From contig LCCV01000011.1 of the NCBI GenBank assembly GCA_000998135.1, positions 4,132 to 68,131 of the forward strand: a DNA stretch of 64,000 bases. Reading direction: 5' to 3'. The DNA comes from Parcubacteria group bacterium GW2011_GWA2_42_14 (GTDB taxonomy: Bacteria; Patescibacteriota; Minisyncoccia; Sungbacterales; GWA2-42-14). Under the pieces are notes generated by a model. The model saw only the letters and a list, made by a program, of their open reading frames with translations. It was not told the DNA's origin and ran no database searches. Position 1 is the first letter of the stretch, and every line of letters starts with the position of its first letter. The translations under genes and the position numbers were made by a program. Of the stretch, positions 48,377 to 57,462 are shown one piece after another.

Positions 48377-51016
48377 ATGGATAAACAGCAGGCAAAACAA
48401 AAAATAAAAGAATTGGTAGAAAAATACGAAACGGTTGTTAAAGAAGGTAATCTTAATAAATATACGGAGGAGGACACCAAAAAAGGTTTTATACAGCCGC
48501 TTTTTGAAGCGCTGGGATGGAATTTTCATGATAGAAAAGAAGTATCGGCAGAAGAATCGCGGTCAGATTACGGTTTTTACATTAACGAACGGCCGAAATT
48601 TTATCTTGAAGCCAAGGCATTAAGAGTTGATTTGATGAGGGAAGATTTTGCTAATCAAGCCATTCGTTATTCATGGAATAAGGGCGTAACCTGGGCCGTA
48701 TTAACCGATTTTGAAAATATTATCGTTTTTAACGCGCAAGATATTTCTAAAAATTGGGAACAAAAGAGATTTTTAACACTTCGTTATAATGAATATATAG
48801 AGCATTTTGATAAATTATGGCTTCTTTCCAAAGAGTCATTTCAAAATGATTTGCTGGATAAAGAAGCCGAGCCACTTGGTAAAAAACTTCAGAAAATCCC
48901 GATAAGCGCGCTTTTATCCGATGACCTTAATAAATGCAGGAATATTTTGATTGACGGGTTGTCCCAGTGCAATAGGGGAGTTGATAAGAATTTGCTTGAG
49001 GAGGGGGTGCAAAAGTTGCTTGACCGCCTTATTTTTATCCGGGTTGCCGAAGACAGGGAAATTGAGCCAAAAATTCTTTTGCCGTTAATTCGTTCAAATA
49101 AAGCAGATGAAGAAATATATAACGCGCTGGTTAAAAAATTCTGCGAACTTAATGAATTTTATGACTCTGACTTATTCGCGCCGCATCCGTTGGAAAAATG
49201 GGAAGAATACAGCGGCGCGGTAAAAAAAGTTATTAACATACTTCACGGCAAGAAAGGTTATTATGAATATGATTTTAAAGCTATGCCCGCCGATGTCCTT
49301 GGCGCTGTTTATGAAAACTATTTGGGATATCGCCTTTTACAATCCAAAAAAGGAGCAACTCTTGATAAAGATGCCAAGAAGCGAAAAGAGCAGGGGATTT
49401 ATTATACGCCGACTTTTATTGTTGACTATATAGTAAAAAATGCTTTAAAACCGGTTCTTGATAAATGTCAGAGTGTTTATGATTTGAAGAAAATAAGGGT
49501 GCTTGACCCGGCATGCGGTTCCGGTTCGTTTCTCATAAAAGCGCTTGAGGTTATTTATGATAAATATTATGAATTCAGCAATAGAAGTCCGGCGGAAACA
49601 AAAAGGACGATTTTGCTTGAAAATATTTACGGAGTTGATTTGGATGAACAGGCGGTTGAAATCGCGCGGCTTAATCTTTTGTTAAGCGCTTTAGATGAAA
49701 AAAGAAAACTCCCCGTGCTTTCACAAAACATCAAAAACGGAAATTCTTTGATTTCTGGAACAGACGAAGAATTAAAAAAATATTTCGGAAAAAACTTCAG
49801 GGACAAAAAGCCGTTTAACTGGGAAGAAGAATTCCCGGAGGTTTTCAAGCAAGGCGGGTTTGACGTTGTTATTGGAAACCCGCCGTATGTAAGAGTAGAC
49901 TCATTAGATGAGATAGATAAAGATTTTTGGAAAAAAAGTTTTATGGCGGCAGAGGGCAAATACGATTTATATTATCTGTTTATAGAACAATCACTTAAGT
50001 TATTAAAAGAAGGCGGAAATTTTGGATTTATAGTGCCAAATAAGTTTTGTGTTGCTGATTCAGGAAAGCAATTAAGAAATTTGATTTTTGATAAAACAAA
50101 AACTCGCGAATTTTTTAGCGTTAGCCAAATTGATGTTTTTAAAGACGCTGCAAATTATCCAGTAATTTTGTTTTTCCAAAAAGGAAAAAGTTTCGGAAAA
50201 ACATTTCTTACTTTTGCAAAAGAAGAAAATGAGGTTTCTAAACATAATTTAAATAGGATTCTTGTAAGAGATGAAGATTTAGAAATATTTTCAGGACATA
50301 TTATCCCGGTTAATATCGATAAGAGGCAATTAGAATTGGTACTTAAACTATCAAAAACAAATAGTAAATTTGAGGATTATTTGAAAATTTCCGAGGGGTT
50401 AAGAATTCCAGAAAAGTTAGAATCAAATCAAAAAACTGATTTTAAAATTGTTAAACAGTATCAATTTTCAAGATATTCGGACGTTCGACAAGGAAGTTTT
50501 ATTAAGTTAGATGACTTAAAGACGGTGGTAAATTTCAATACAGAAAGATTTAAAAATAGTCAAAAAGATAAAATTCTTATTGCAGAGGATGCATTATTTA
50601 TTTCAGCCACATTAGATAAGGATAAATATATACCCCAAGGCGGTGTTTATTTTGCAACTTTGTTAGGTAATAAAATTTCTTTGATTATTTTATTAGGTTT
50701 ATTAAATTCTAAGCTCTTATCTTTTATATACAAAATTTTGTTTGGTGGTATGCATATGGGCGGCGGGTATCTAAGGTATAGAACAAACTTTTTATATACA
50801 TTACCAGTTATAATTAAAGATAATAATTTTGAATTAGATAGTCTTGTGGATAAGATACTGAAGTTAAATAAGCAATTAGACAAAATTGCCGAGAATTCTA
50901 ACAAATGGAATGCTCTAAAATCCGAAATTGAGAAAACTGACAGGAAAATAGACGAGGAAGTTTATAATCTCTACGGCCTTACGCCGGAAGAAATAAAAAC
51001 TGTTGAAAGTTTATGA
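48377..51016 (+). CDS. Type IIG restriction-modification enzyme (nuclease + N6-adenine MTase + TRD)
   Basis: EEDTK..FI.P...LGW...EAK nuclease region; GIYYTP, DPACGSG, GNPPY. Confidence 0.9.
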   Translation: MDKQQAKQKIKELVEKYETVVKEGNLNKYTEEDTKKGFIQPLFEALGWNFHDRKEVSAEESRSDYGFYINERPKFYLEAKALRVDLMREDFANQAIRYSWNKGVTWAVLTDFENIIVFNAQDISKNWEQKRFLTLRYNEYIEHFDKLWLLSKESFQNDLLDKEAEPLGKKLQKIPISALLSDDLNKCRNILIDGLSQCNRGVDKNLLEEGVQKLLDRLIFIRVAEDREIEPKILLPLIRSNKADEEIYNALVKKFCELNEFYDSDLFAPHPLEKWEEYSGAVKKVINILHGKKGYYEYDFKAMPADVLGAVYENYLGYRLLQSKKGATLDKDAKKRKEQGIYYTPTFIVDYIVKNALKPVLDKCQSVYDLKKIRVLDPACGSGSFLIKALEVIYDKYYEFSNRSPAETKRTILLENIYGVDLDEQAVEIARLNLLLSALDEKRKLPVLSQNIKNGNSLISGTDEELKKYFGKNFRDKKPFNWEEEFPEVFKQGGFDVVIGNPPYVRVDSLDEIDKDFWKKSFMAAEGKYDLYYLFIEQSLKLLKEGGNFGFIVPNKFCVADSGKQLRNLIFDKTKTREFFSVSQIDVFKDAANYPVILFFQKGKSFGKTFLTFAKEENEVSKHNLNRILVRDEDLEIFSGHIIPVNIDKRQLELVLKLSKTNSKFEDYLKISEGLRIPEKLESNQKTDFKIVKQYQFSRYSDVRQGSFIKLDDLKTVVNFNTERFKNSQKDKILIAEDALFISATLDKDKYIPQGGVYFATLLGNKISLIILLGLLNSKLLSFIYKILFGGMHMGGGYLRYRTNFLYTLPVIIKDNNFELDSLVDKILKLNKQLDKIAENSNKWNALKSEIEKTDRKIDEEVYNLYGLTPEEIKTVESL

Positions 51017-51969
51017 AATTAAATCAAGTTATTAACCTTAAGAATTGGCATCAGCGGAATATTGATAACGTTGGTTATGGTACACGCGATAAGATCGTGC
51101 TAAAGCGTAGTAAAAAGGGGAGAGTTTATTTTCTTGCCAAGACATATGATAAAGATATTGGTGAATTGAGATCAGAGGTTTGCGCCTCAAACATGGGTAG
51201 ACTTTTCGGTTTTCCTGTCCAAAAAACATGGCTTTGTAAGATTCCGCAATACAAATCTTTGAAGTTAAGGCATCCAGCTGGTGTTCTTATTCAGTTAGAC
51301 GTTCGAAGGCAGGAGGATTTATTGCACGGCGCCGAAATTATTTCTTTAGTTGATAAGAAATTCGCCAGTTTAAATTTAAAAGAAAAAAGAAGGGTATACA
51401 CACTCAGGGTGGTTGTGGATAGCATCAGAAATTATGTCAGTAATCATCCAAACTCAAATAAGCTTTGGGATCAATTCTTCGAATTATTAGTTTTTGACGC
51501 TTTGATTGGCGGTACTGACAGGCACTATTATAATTGGGGCGTACTTGCAAAAGCGGACACAGGTGAATTTATCCGTCTTGCACCGGCATTTGATAATGGG
51601 ATTAGTTTAATGTGGAAGATAGAGGAATACCGGCCGCAGTTTATGAATGATTTATTTATGAGAGATTTTCCAAGAGGAGCTGAATCAATGTTTAAAAAAG
51701 TCAACGGAGGCAAGTATTCTCTGCTTGAGGTATTGGGTGAGTTATACAGAATTGGTGACTACAAAAAATCGAACATAGTTCAAGAAATTTTGGATCGAAT
51801 TGAAAAAGTTAAAGAATCAAAAATTAGATCAGTTTTATTGAACAATATACCAAAAAGGGCTCAATTCAAGACAAAAAATGATGAGTTGAGCTTAATCTGC
51901 GAGTATGTTAAAGTAAGATTAGATTTATTGAAACAAACCCTACGTGAGTTGAATCAAATAAACATATGA
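51013..51969 (+). CDS. HipA/CtkA-like kinase
   Basis: GTRDK, SEV, DALIGGTDRH..NWG, LAPAFDNG. Confidence 0.8.
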   Translation: MKLNQVINLKNWHQRNIDNVGYGTRDKIVLKRSKKGRVYFLAKTYDKDIGELRSEVCASNMGRLFGFPVQKTWLCKIPQYKSLKLRHPAGVLIQLDVRRQEDLLHGAEIISLVDKKFASLNLKEKRRVYTLRVVVDSIRNYVSNHPNSNKLWDQFFELLVFDALIGGTDRHYYNWGVLAKADTGEFIRLAPAFDNGISLMWKIEEYRPQFMNDLFMRDFPRGAESMFKKVNGGKYSLLEVLGELYRIGDYKKSNIVQEILDRIEKVKESKIRSVLLNNIPKRAQFKTKNDELSLICEYVKVRLDLLKQTLRELNQINI

Positions 51970-52277
51970 ACACATTACACTATAAGGTTATTTATAGGAA
52001 CGGGGATAAAATCCCGGTAGAAATTGCAAACTTTTATCGTGATGATAATGGCAATTTTGTGTTTGAATATAAGGAACAACCGAAGTATGAATTTCCGGGG
52101 TTTGATGCATCAATAAAGAAATATAAGAATGACCATCTATGGGAGCAAATTTCTTTTCGAGTGCCAAATAATATACGGAATCAATTTCCCAATGTTCCGC
52201 CGGAAGAGTTATTAAAAGAAACGGGGGGAAAATTAGTAACTGACCACTTTGAATTTCAGTTTGTAGAAAGTGTTTAG
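51966..52277 (+). CDS. HipA N-terminal-like (HipS-type) partner
   Basis: IANFYRDDNGNFVFEY...FPGF...W..I..RVP; ATGA overlap with the kinase. Confidence 0.5.
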   Translation: MNTLHYKVIYRNGDKIPVEIANFYRDDNGNFVFEYKEQPKYEFPGFDASIKKYKNDHLWEQISFRVPNNIRNQFPNVPPEELLKETGGKLVTDHFEFQFVESV

Positions 52278-52286
52278 AGTATTTTA

Positions 52287-52317
52287 AAAATCCTTACGTT
52301 AATTCGTAAGGATTTTT
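52287..52317. terminator. Intrinsic terminator
   Basis: AAAAATCCTTACG..CGTAAGGATTTTT. Confidence 0.6.
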
Positions 52318-52379
52318 GTTTAATACAATTTGGAAACGGAAATGGTGTCAGGTACCCTTTTTATAGTATATATATTGAA

Positions 52380-52535
52380 ACCTCCAGCAAGTGGCGCACG
52401 TTAAAATCCGAAATTGAAAAAACTGACAAGAAAATAGATGAAGAAGTTTATAAACTCTACGGCCTCGTGTCGGAAGACCCCGATAGTACAGCATAGCTGA
52501 CTACGGGGCAAGAATAAAAATTGTGGAAGAGTTAG
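52380..52535 (+). pseudogene. Relic duplicate of the R-M gene 3' end, interrupted by a CCCCG...CGGGG hairpin
   Basis: KW..LKSEIEKTDKKIDEEVYKLYGL matches 50900-50980. Confidence 0.75.
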
Positions 52536-52591
52536 GTAGAAAATAGCGGGTTGTTGCGGTAAATTCTAAAATATGCTAATATGGAATTGCT

Positions 52592-52849
52592 ATGTTAAGC
52601 GAATATATTGCAAAAAAATTAAAAGAGGCAAAATATAAACTTCTTAAAGATGGAAGTTATTTTGGCAAAATTCCGGGACTGAAGGGGGTATGGGCTAATG
52701 CCAAAAATTTGGAAGATTGCAGGGAAGAATTGCGTTCGGTCCTGGAAGATTGGTTGCTTTTTAAGATTAGGGATGGGGATTCTATCCCGGATTTACGCAT
52801 TGTAGAGGACCAAAGACGATTAGTAAAAGCCCCTGCGTATGCCAAATAG
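52592..52849 (+). CDS. hicB: HicB-like antitoxin (short)
   Basis: DGSYFGKIPGLKGVWANA..LE.C..EL..VLEDW. Confidence 0.8.
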   Translation: MLSEYIAKKLKEAKYKLLKDGSYFGKIPGLKGVWANAKNLEDCREELRSVLEDWLLFKIRDGDSIPDLRIVEDQRRLVKAPAYAK

Positions 52850-53051
52850 TATATCTTGGAGAAAACTTGTACAGAAATTTCGTCGTTTGGGTTTTGACGG
52901 TCCGTATGCCGGAGGCCGTCATTTATTTATGAAGAAAAATGATTTGAAGGTTGTCATACCCAATCCGCACCCCCGCGATATAGACAAGGGTCTTGTCGCT
53001 GAGATATTGTAACAAGCGGGGATTTCTGATGAAGAATGGGATAACGCATAA
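52839..53051 (+). pseudogene. hicA: HicA toxin with premature TAA at 53010
   Basis: LVQKFRRLGF...GGRH.FM...VIPNPH...EIL*QAGIS.EEW. Confidence 0.75.
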
Positions 53052-53055
53052 TTTT

Positions 53056-53658
53056 ATGGCTGAAAAAAAATTTTACGCGTATAGTGTTCCGCGAACGGGA
53101 AAGCGGGGTATTGCTGAAAGTTGGAAGGAATGCGAAAAAATCGTGAAGGGTGAGGAGAACGCCCGTTTTAAGGGGTTCAAATCGCGGACGGACGCCGAGG
53201 ATTGGCTTAGCGCGGGCGCCGATTATTCAGTTAAAAAAAAGCTTCCTAAGGGGGTTTATTTTGATGCCGGCACCGGGCGCGGTAACGGGGTTGAAGTAAG
53301 TGTTACCGATGAAGAGGGAAATGACCTGCTTCACGAAGTTCTTCCGAAAAAGAAAATAAATCGTTTCGGTAAACACTTGTTGGGAGCTGAAGTTACGAAT
53401 AATTTCGGAGAACTTTTGGCATGCCGTTTCGCGCTTGAGATTGCCGTGAAGAAAAACATAAAAAAAATTTTTGGGGATAGCCGTTTGGTTATTGATTACT
53501 GGTCAAAGGGATATATGAATATGAAAGAGATGGCGCCGGAGACGATTGAACTTGCCTATATAGTTTCATCCTTAAGAAAAGATTTTGAGCGAAGAGGCGG
53601 TAGGATGGAATATGTTTCCGGAGACGACAACCCTGCTGATCTGGGGTTCCACAAATAA
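53056..53658 (+). CDS. rnhA: RNase HI with N-terminal viroplasmin (hybrid-binding) domain
   Basis: KFYAY..W.EC..V.G..ARFKGF; FDAG, TNNFGEL, GDS, NPAD. Confidence 0.85.
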   Translation: MAEKKFYAYSVPRTGKRGIAESWKECEKIVKGEENARFKGFKSRTDAEDWLSAGADYSVKKKLPKGVYFDAGTGRGNGVEVSVTDEEGNDLLHEVLPKKKINRFGKHLLGAEVTNNFGELLACRFALEIAVKKNIKKIFGDSRLVIDYWSKGYMNMKEMAPETIELAYIVSSLRKDFERRGGRMEYVSGDDNPADLGFHK

Positions 53659-53800
53659 GGTCAAAATAGAAAATAAATATGTTGATAGAATAGTTAATTT
53701 GGCCAGCAATAAAAACCTAATTGTTTCTAAAAATTATTACATCACGTTAACAACATACTGACAAACTGGAGTATGTTGGTATGTTGTAAAATGATTTTTT

Positions 53801-55360
53801 ATGGAAGAAATTGAAAAAATAGAAAACTTAAAAAAGAAACCGGAGATACATACGGAAGTATTGGAGGACTGGGAAGCAAAAACCGAAGAAGAAAAAAATG
53901 CCGTAAATATTGTTTCCCTCCTAAACAGGCAAGGTGTTGCTTATTTTGCCGGCGGTTATGTGCGCGACCTTTTGATAAATCGCGAATTCAGCAAGCATTT
54001 TATTGCTAAAGACATTGATATTGCCACAAGTATTTCTCTTGAAGAAGCAAAAACCTTGCTTGAGAAATCAGGATTTCATACCAAGATCGCGGGCGCTGAT
54101 TTTAAAACATTAAAAGTGTTTCAAGAAGGCGGTGAAGCAGAGGCAATTGATGTGGCCACGTTCCGTCAGGAAGGAAAATATCGGGATGGCAGGCATCCGG
54201 ATTTGGAAGACCTTGTTTTTATAAAAGACCCGGAAAAGGATGCCGAGCGCCGGGATTTTACTATCAATGCATTATTTTTCGAACCTGATACGAAAAAAAT
54301 AATTGATTTTGTCGGCGGTATTGAAGATTTAAAAAATAAAGTTTTGCGGCCGGTTGGGGATACGAAACAGCGTTTTCAGGAGGATTATGTCCGCATGCTG
54401 CGTTACGTTAGATTCAGGAATAAATACGGTTTTACGTTTTCGCGCGAGGTCCGTGATGTTGTTCGTGATGATGCGGATAAAATATTGCGAAAGCCAAGTG
54501 AAAAGCTATTTCAGGAGCTTGATTTAATAATGAAGCTGGATAAAAACTATATGGCTGTTGCTGATATGGCGCGTTTGGGTTTGCTGAAGCATCTTATGCC
54601 GGAATTAGACGAGTTAAAAAATGTCATGCATCCTAAAGAAGCGCCGTATCATAAAGAAGGAACCGTTTTCAGGCATACTTTGGAGGCGTTAAGGGGTTTT
54701 TCTAGAAAAGAAGGGGTTGATAAAATTCGGGAGGTTTTTGGCTTGGAAAATTCTGTCAAAATAGATGAAGTGATTAAGCGGTTTTATGAAAAATACGGAA
54801 CAGAAATTTCTTGGGCAGTACTTTTTCATGATTTAGGAAAGAGGACAAAAAAGAGTACGCGCGAATTGCCGGGCGGCCAGACCAGAACTACTTTTGTCGG
54901 CCATGAACTTGATTCCCGCGAAATGGCCGGAAAAATTGCTGCTCGTTTGAGGTTTTCTAATGTTAAAAAAGAAAAAATTTTGTGGCTGGTTGAAAATCAT
55001 TTACTGCCGCGCGACCTGCCCGTGATGAAGCAGTCAAAAAGAAGGGCTATGCTCCAGCATCCGTGGATTGAAGAGCTATTGTTTGTTGCTTTGGCCGATG
55101 AGCTTGGAAATTTTCCGTCAAGCACCAAAGATTTTGAGGCGGCTTATAAATTATTGAAAGAAGAAAGAGTGCGCGTTCCTGAGCCCAAAGAATTGGTAAG
55201 CGGAAAAGAACTTATGAATAAGTTTAATTTAAAATCCGGGCCGATGATAGGGAGATTAAAATCAGCCATCCGCGAAGCGCAATTGGAAGACAAAATAAAA
55301 ACGCCGAAGGAGGCATTGCGTTTTGCCGAAGAAAATTTAAAAAATTTATATATTCAATAA
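53801..55360 (+). CDS. cca: Class II tRNA nucleotidyltransferase (CCA-adding) with HD domain
   Basis: GGYVRD, DIDIAT, RRDFTIN, EDYVRMLR, FHDLGK. Confidence 0.88.
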   Translation: MEEIEKIENLKKKPEIHTEVLEDWEAKTEEEKNAVNIVSLLNRQGVAYFAGGYVRDLLINREFSKHFIAKDIDIATSISLEEAKTLLEKSGFHTKIAGADFKTLKVFQEGGEAEAIDVATFRQEGKYRDGRHPDLEDLVFIKDPEKDAERRDFTINALFFEPDTKKIIDFVGGIEDLKNKVLRPVGDTKQRFQEDYVRMLRYVRFRNKYGFTFSREVRDVVRDDADKILRKPSEKLFQELDLIMKLDKNYMAVADMARLGLLKHLMPELDELKNVMHPKEAPYHKEGTVFRHTLEALRGFSRKEGVDKIREVFGLENSVKIDEVIKRFYEKYGTEISWAVLFHDLGKRTKKSTRELPGGQTRTTFVGHELDSREMAGKIAARLRFSNVKKEKILWLVENHLLPRDLPVMKQSKRRAMLQHPWIEELLFVALADELGNFPSSTKDFEAAYKLLKEERVRVPEPKELVSGKELMNKFNLKSGPMIGRLKSAIREAQLEDKIKTPKEALRFAEENLKNLYIQ

Positions 55361-55364
55361 ATTT

Positions 55365-56369
55365 ATGGATAGTGAAAAAATTTATAAACCAAAATTAAAG
55401 GTTTTTAAAGAGCGGGCTGAACGTATACCGAAGTCAGAATATGACAGCATGGTAGGAGAACTTTTAGTTAAATTCGGAAACCAATTTAAAAGGATTGAGC
55501 CGACCGAACCCATGCAAGATAAGGATAGTTTTGGAGATATTGATGTAATTTTTATGCCCAAGGGGTCGGTTGATGAGGGATATGAGTCTTACTTTCGGGA
55601 AATTTTTGGAAAATCATTTCTTGGCTATAACAGAACCCCTCATTCACACGTTCATTCGTTATTGCTTTCGGTTTCTTCCCAAAAATCAGTTCAGGCAGAT
55701 TTTATTAGGGCAGAGGACCAGACCGATTTTGAAAGGAAATTGATGTATTACTCTAAAGGACATTTTTCATCCGCGGTGGGCATGATGGCTAAAAAGCTCC
55801 ATTTTAAATATAGCACTGAAGGATTTTTTAAGAGATTTAAGGATAAACGAGGAAATTGGCACGATATTTTTATTAGTGATAAACTTTCGGACGGCTTGAA
55901 AATTCTTGGTTTTGACCGTTATGAATTTGAAGATATTAAAACAACGCCGGATATAGTTGAATTCATATCTTCCTCTTCTCTTTTTGATTCCAGTTATTTT
56001 CAGTTTAAAGACCTTCCGCGCCGAGACCGGGAGTCCATAAAAAGAAATGCCGTTGAAGAGTATATCACGCAAAAACTTGCTATTAAGAATCAAACTAGGA
56101 TAATTGACGATGAAGATGAATTTTTCAGAAAGTTTTTTCCTGAAGAATTTGAAAAATTTAAAACGGAAGCGGAAAGAATAGAAAAAGAAACTTATAAAAC
56201 AGGAAATATCAACGGTGAGGTTGTTATGAAAGCCTTCGGCTTGAAGCCATGCCCTGAAGTCGGAAAGGTTTTAAAATTTATTAGCGATTTTTATCCGAAT
56301 CTTGAAGATTTGACAGATGATGTCATTAAGGCCGTTAAAAAGAATATTTTGGAAAAAGAAGCGTTTTAA
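55365..56369 (+). CDS. Pol-beta-fold nucleotidyltransferase-like protein
   Basis: KDSFGDIDV, QADF; C-terminal NG..VM..FGLKP..VG. Confidence 0.6.
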   Translation: MDSEKIYKPKLKVFKERAERIPKSEYDSMVGELLVKFGNQFKRIEPTEPMQDKDSFGDIDVIFMPKGSVDEGYESYFREIFGKSFLGYNRTPHSHVHSLLLSVSSQKSVQADFIRAEDQTDFERKLMYYSKGHFSSAVGMMAKKLHFKYSTEGFFKRFKDKRGNWHDIFISDKLSDGLKILGFDRYEFEDIKTTPDIVEFISSSSLFDSSYFQFKDLPRRDRESIKRNAVEEYITQKLAIKNQTRIIDDEDEFFRKFFPEEFEKFKTEAERIEKETYKTGNINGEVVMKAFGLKPCPEVGKVLKFISDFYPNLEDLTDDVIKAVKKNILEKEAF

Positions 56370-56385
56370 CCTTTGTTAGGTTTAT

Positions 56386-56427
56386 AAAAAATATTCTCAT
56401 ATTCTTAAGAATATGAGAATATTTTTT
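56386..56427. terminator. Perfect palindrome acting as a probable terminator
   Basis: AAAAAATATTCTCATATTCTT|AAGAATATGAGAATATTTTTT. Confidence 0.55.
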
Positions 56428-56431
56428 TCTC

Positions 56432-56459
56432 TTGCATTTTTAAAATTATTTGATATAAT
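56432..56459 (+). promoter_or_regulatory. rnpB promoter
   Basis: TTGCAT-16 nt-TATAAT with extended TG, 5 nt upstream of P1. Confidence 0.65.
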
Positions 56460-56464
56460 ATGAT

Positions 56465-57211
56465 TATCGTATGCTGGATGGTCGCCGAGCACCTATTCCG
56501 TCAGATATTTGATTGTATATGGTTAAAATCTGGAATAATCAGCAGAAAATTATATCGTTGTATGTGGCAGAATAGGTGCTCGGAGGAAAGTCCGAACATT
56601 CGGTCCTAAACGCGCCTTAGGCGCGTCGGACAATGGTAGTGGGTAATTCCCATCTTTCTTGTCGCAGACAAGAGCGCGGAGTTACGCGGATAGCACGCGG
56701 AATAACGCAGAAAATTTCTGCGGCGTTCTGCGTCAGGTCTGCGACCGTCAGCGTTCTCGCCTGTGGCGAGAGAAGAGGTGCGAACAGAGACGCCGAGCAT
56801 TGAAAGATGCGAGGCGTCCCTCTCCACTTTTACTGATAACCTATTTTTTGTTATGTTGTCTTTTGTGAAAGATAACAGTTAAAAATTTCAAGCGGTTGTT
56901 AGTAAAAGTGGGGAGGGACGAGTTCCAATGGCAACATCGGAAGTGAAACGGCTAAACCCTTACTTGGATGCAAGAGGACCTGTTTACGGCTAATTTATGT
57001 CAAAGAACAGGAAAAATAACTCGCTTGAGCCCGAGAGTAATTGAGGGCCTAGACAGATGACCATCTCTCTTGTCGCAGACAAGAGCGCGGAATTACGCGG
57101 ACAGTACGCGGAATAACGCAGAATTTTCAGTGTTGTTCGACGTTCGTTCCGCGACTATCAGCGCTCTCGTCTGCGGCGAGAGAACAGAATTCGGCTTATA
57201 GGCGTGCGATA
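56465..57211 (+). ncRNA. rnpB: RNase P RNA, enlarged (about 747 nt)
   Basis: P1 TATCGTATGC/GCGTGCGATA, GAGGAAAGTCC, AACAGA, GTGAAACGGCTAAACCC, GATGCAA, CTAGACAGATGACC, ACAGAATTCGGCTTA. Confidence 0.92.
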
Positions 57212-57215
57212 CGGA

Positions 57216-57241
57216 ATCCGTCCTTAAGGGGCGGGTTTTTG
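57216..57241 (+). terminator. rnpB terminator
   Basis: ATCCGTCC..GGGCGGGT plus T-run. Confidence 0.7.
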
Positions 57242-57342
57242 TTATGTAATATTGGTGTGTGCATAAAATGTGATTGATTCGGGAAAACCGTTATATTATA
57301 CTTAAAGGGTATTTTTTAAGTACTTTTAACGAAATTATAAAT

Positions 57343-57440
57343 ATTCAGCGTTTTTCAACGTATCCATCAGTGTAAATTCAGCTTTTATGGCTATAAAAGC
57401 GGATAAAACGCGGATAAGTACGCCGATATTATGCTGAAAA
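57343..57440. repeat. ACGC-unit hairpin
   Basis: TTCAGCG...ACGCGGATAAGTACGCCGA..GCTGAA. Confidence 0.6.
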
Positions 57441-57462
57441 TTATATTTCGTAATTCAGTAAT

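Noticed and set aside
48377-53051. Prophage or integrative element
   Set aside because: No integrase, structural or replication genes and no att-like repeats. It is only a small defence/TA islet.
56654-57183. Group I/II introns in rnpB
   Set aside because: The inserts are only about 105-120-nt simple hairpins with no recognisable catalytic core motifs.
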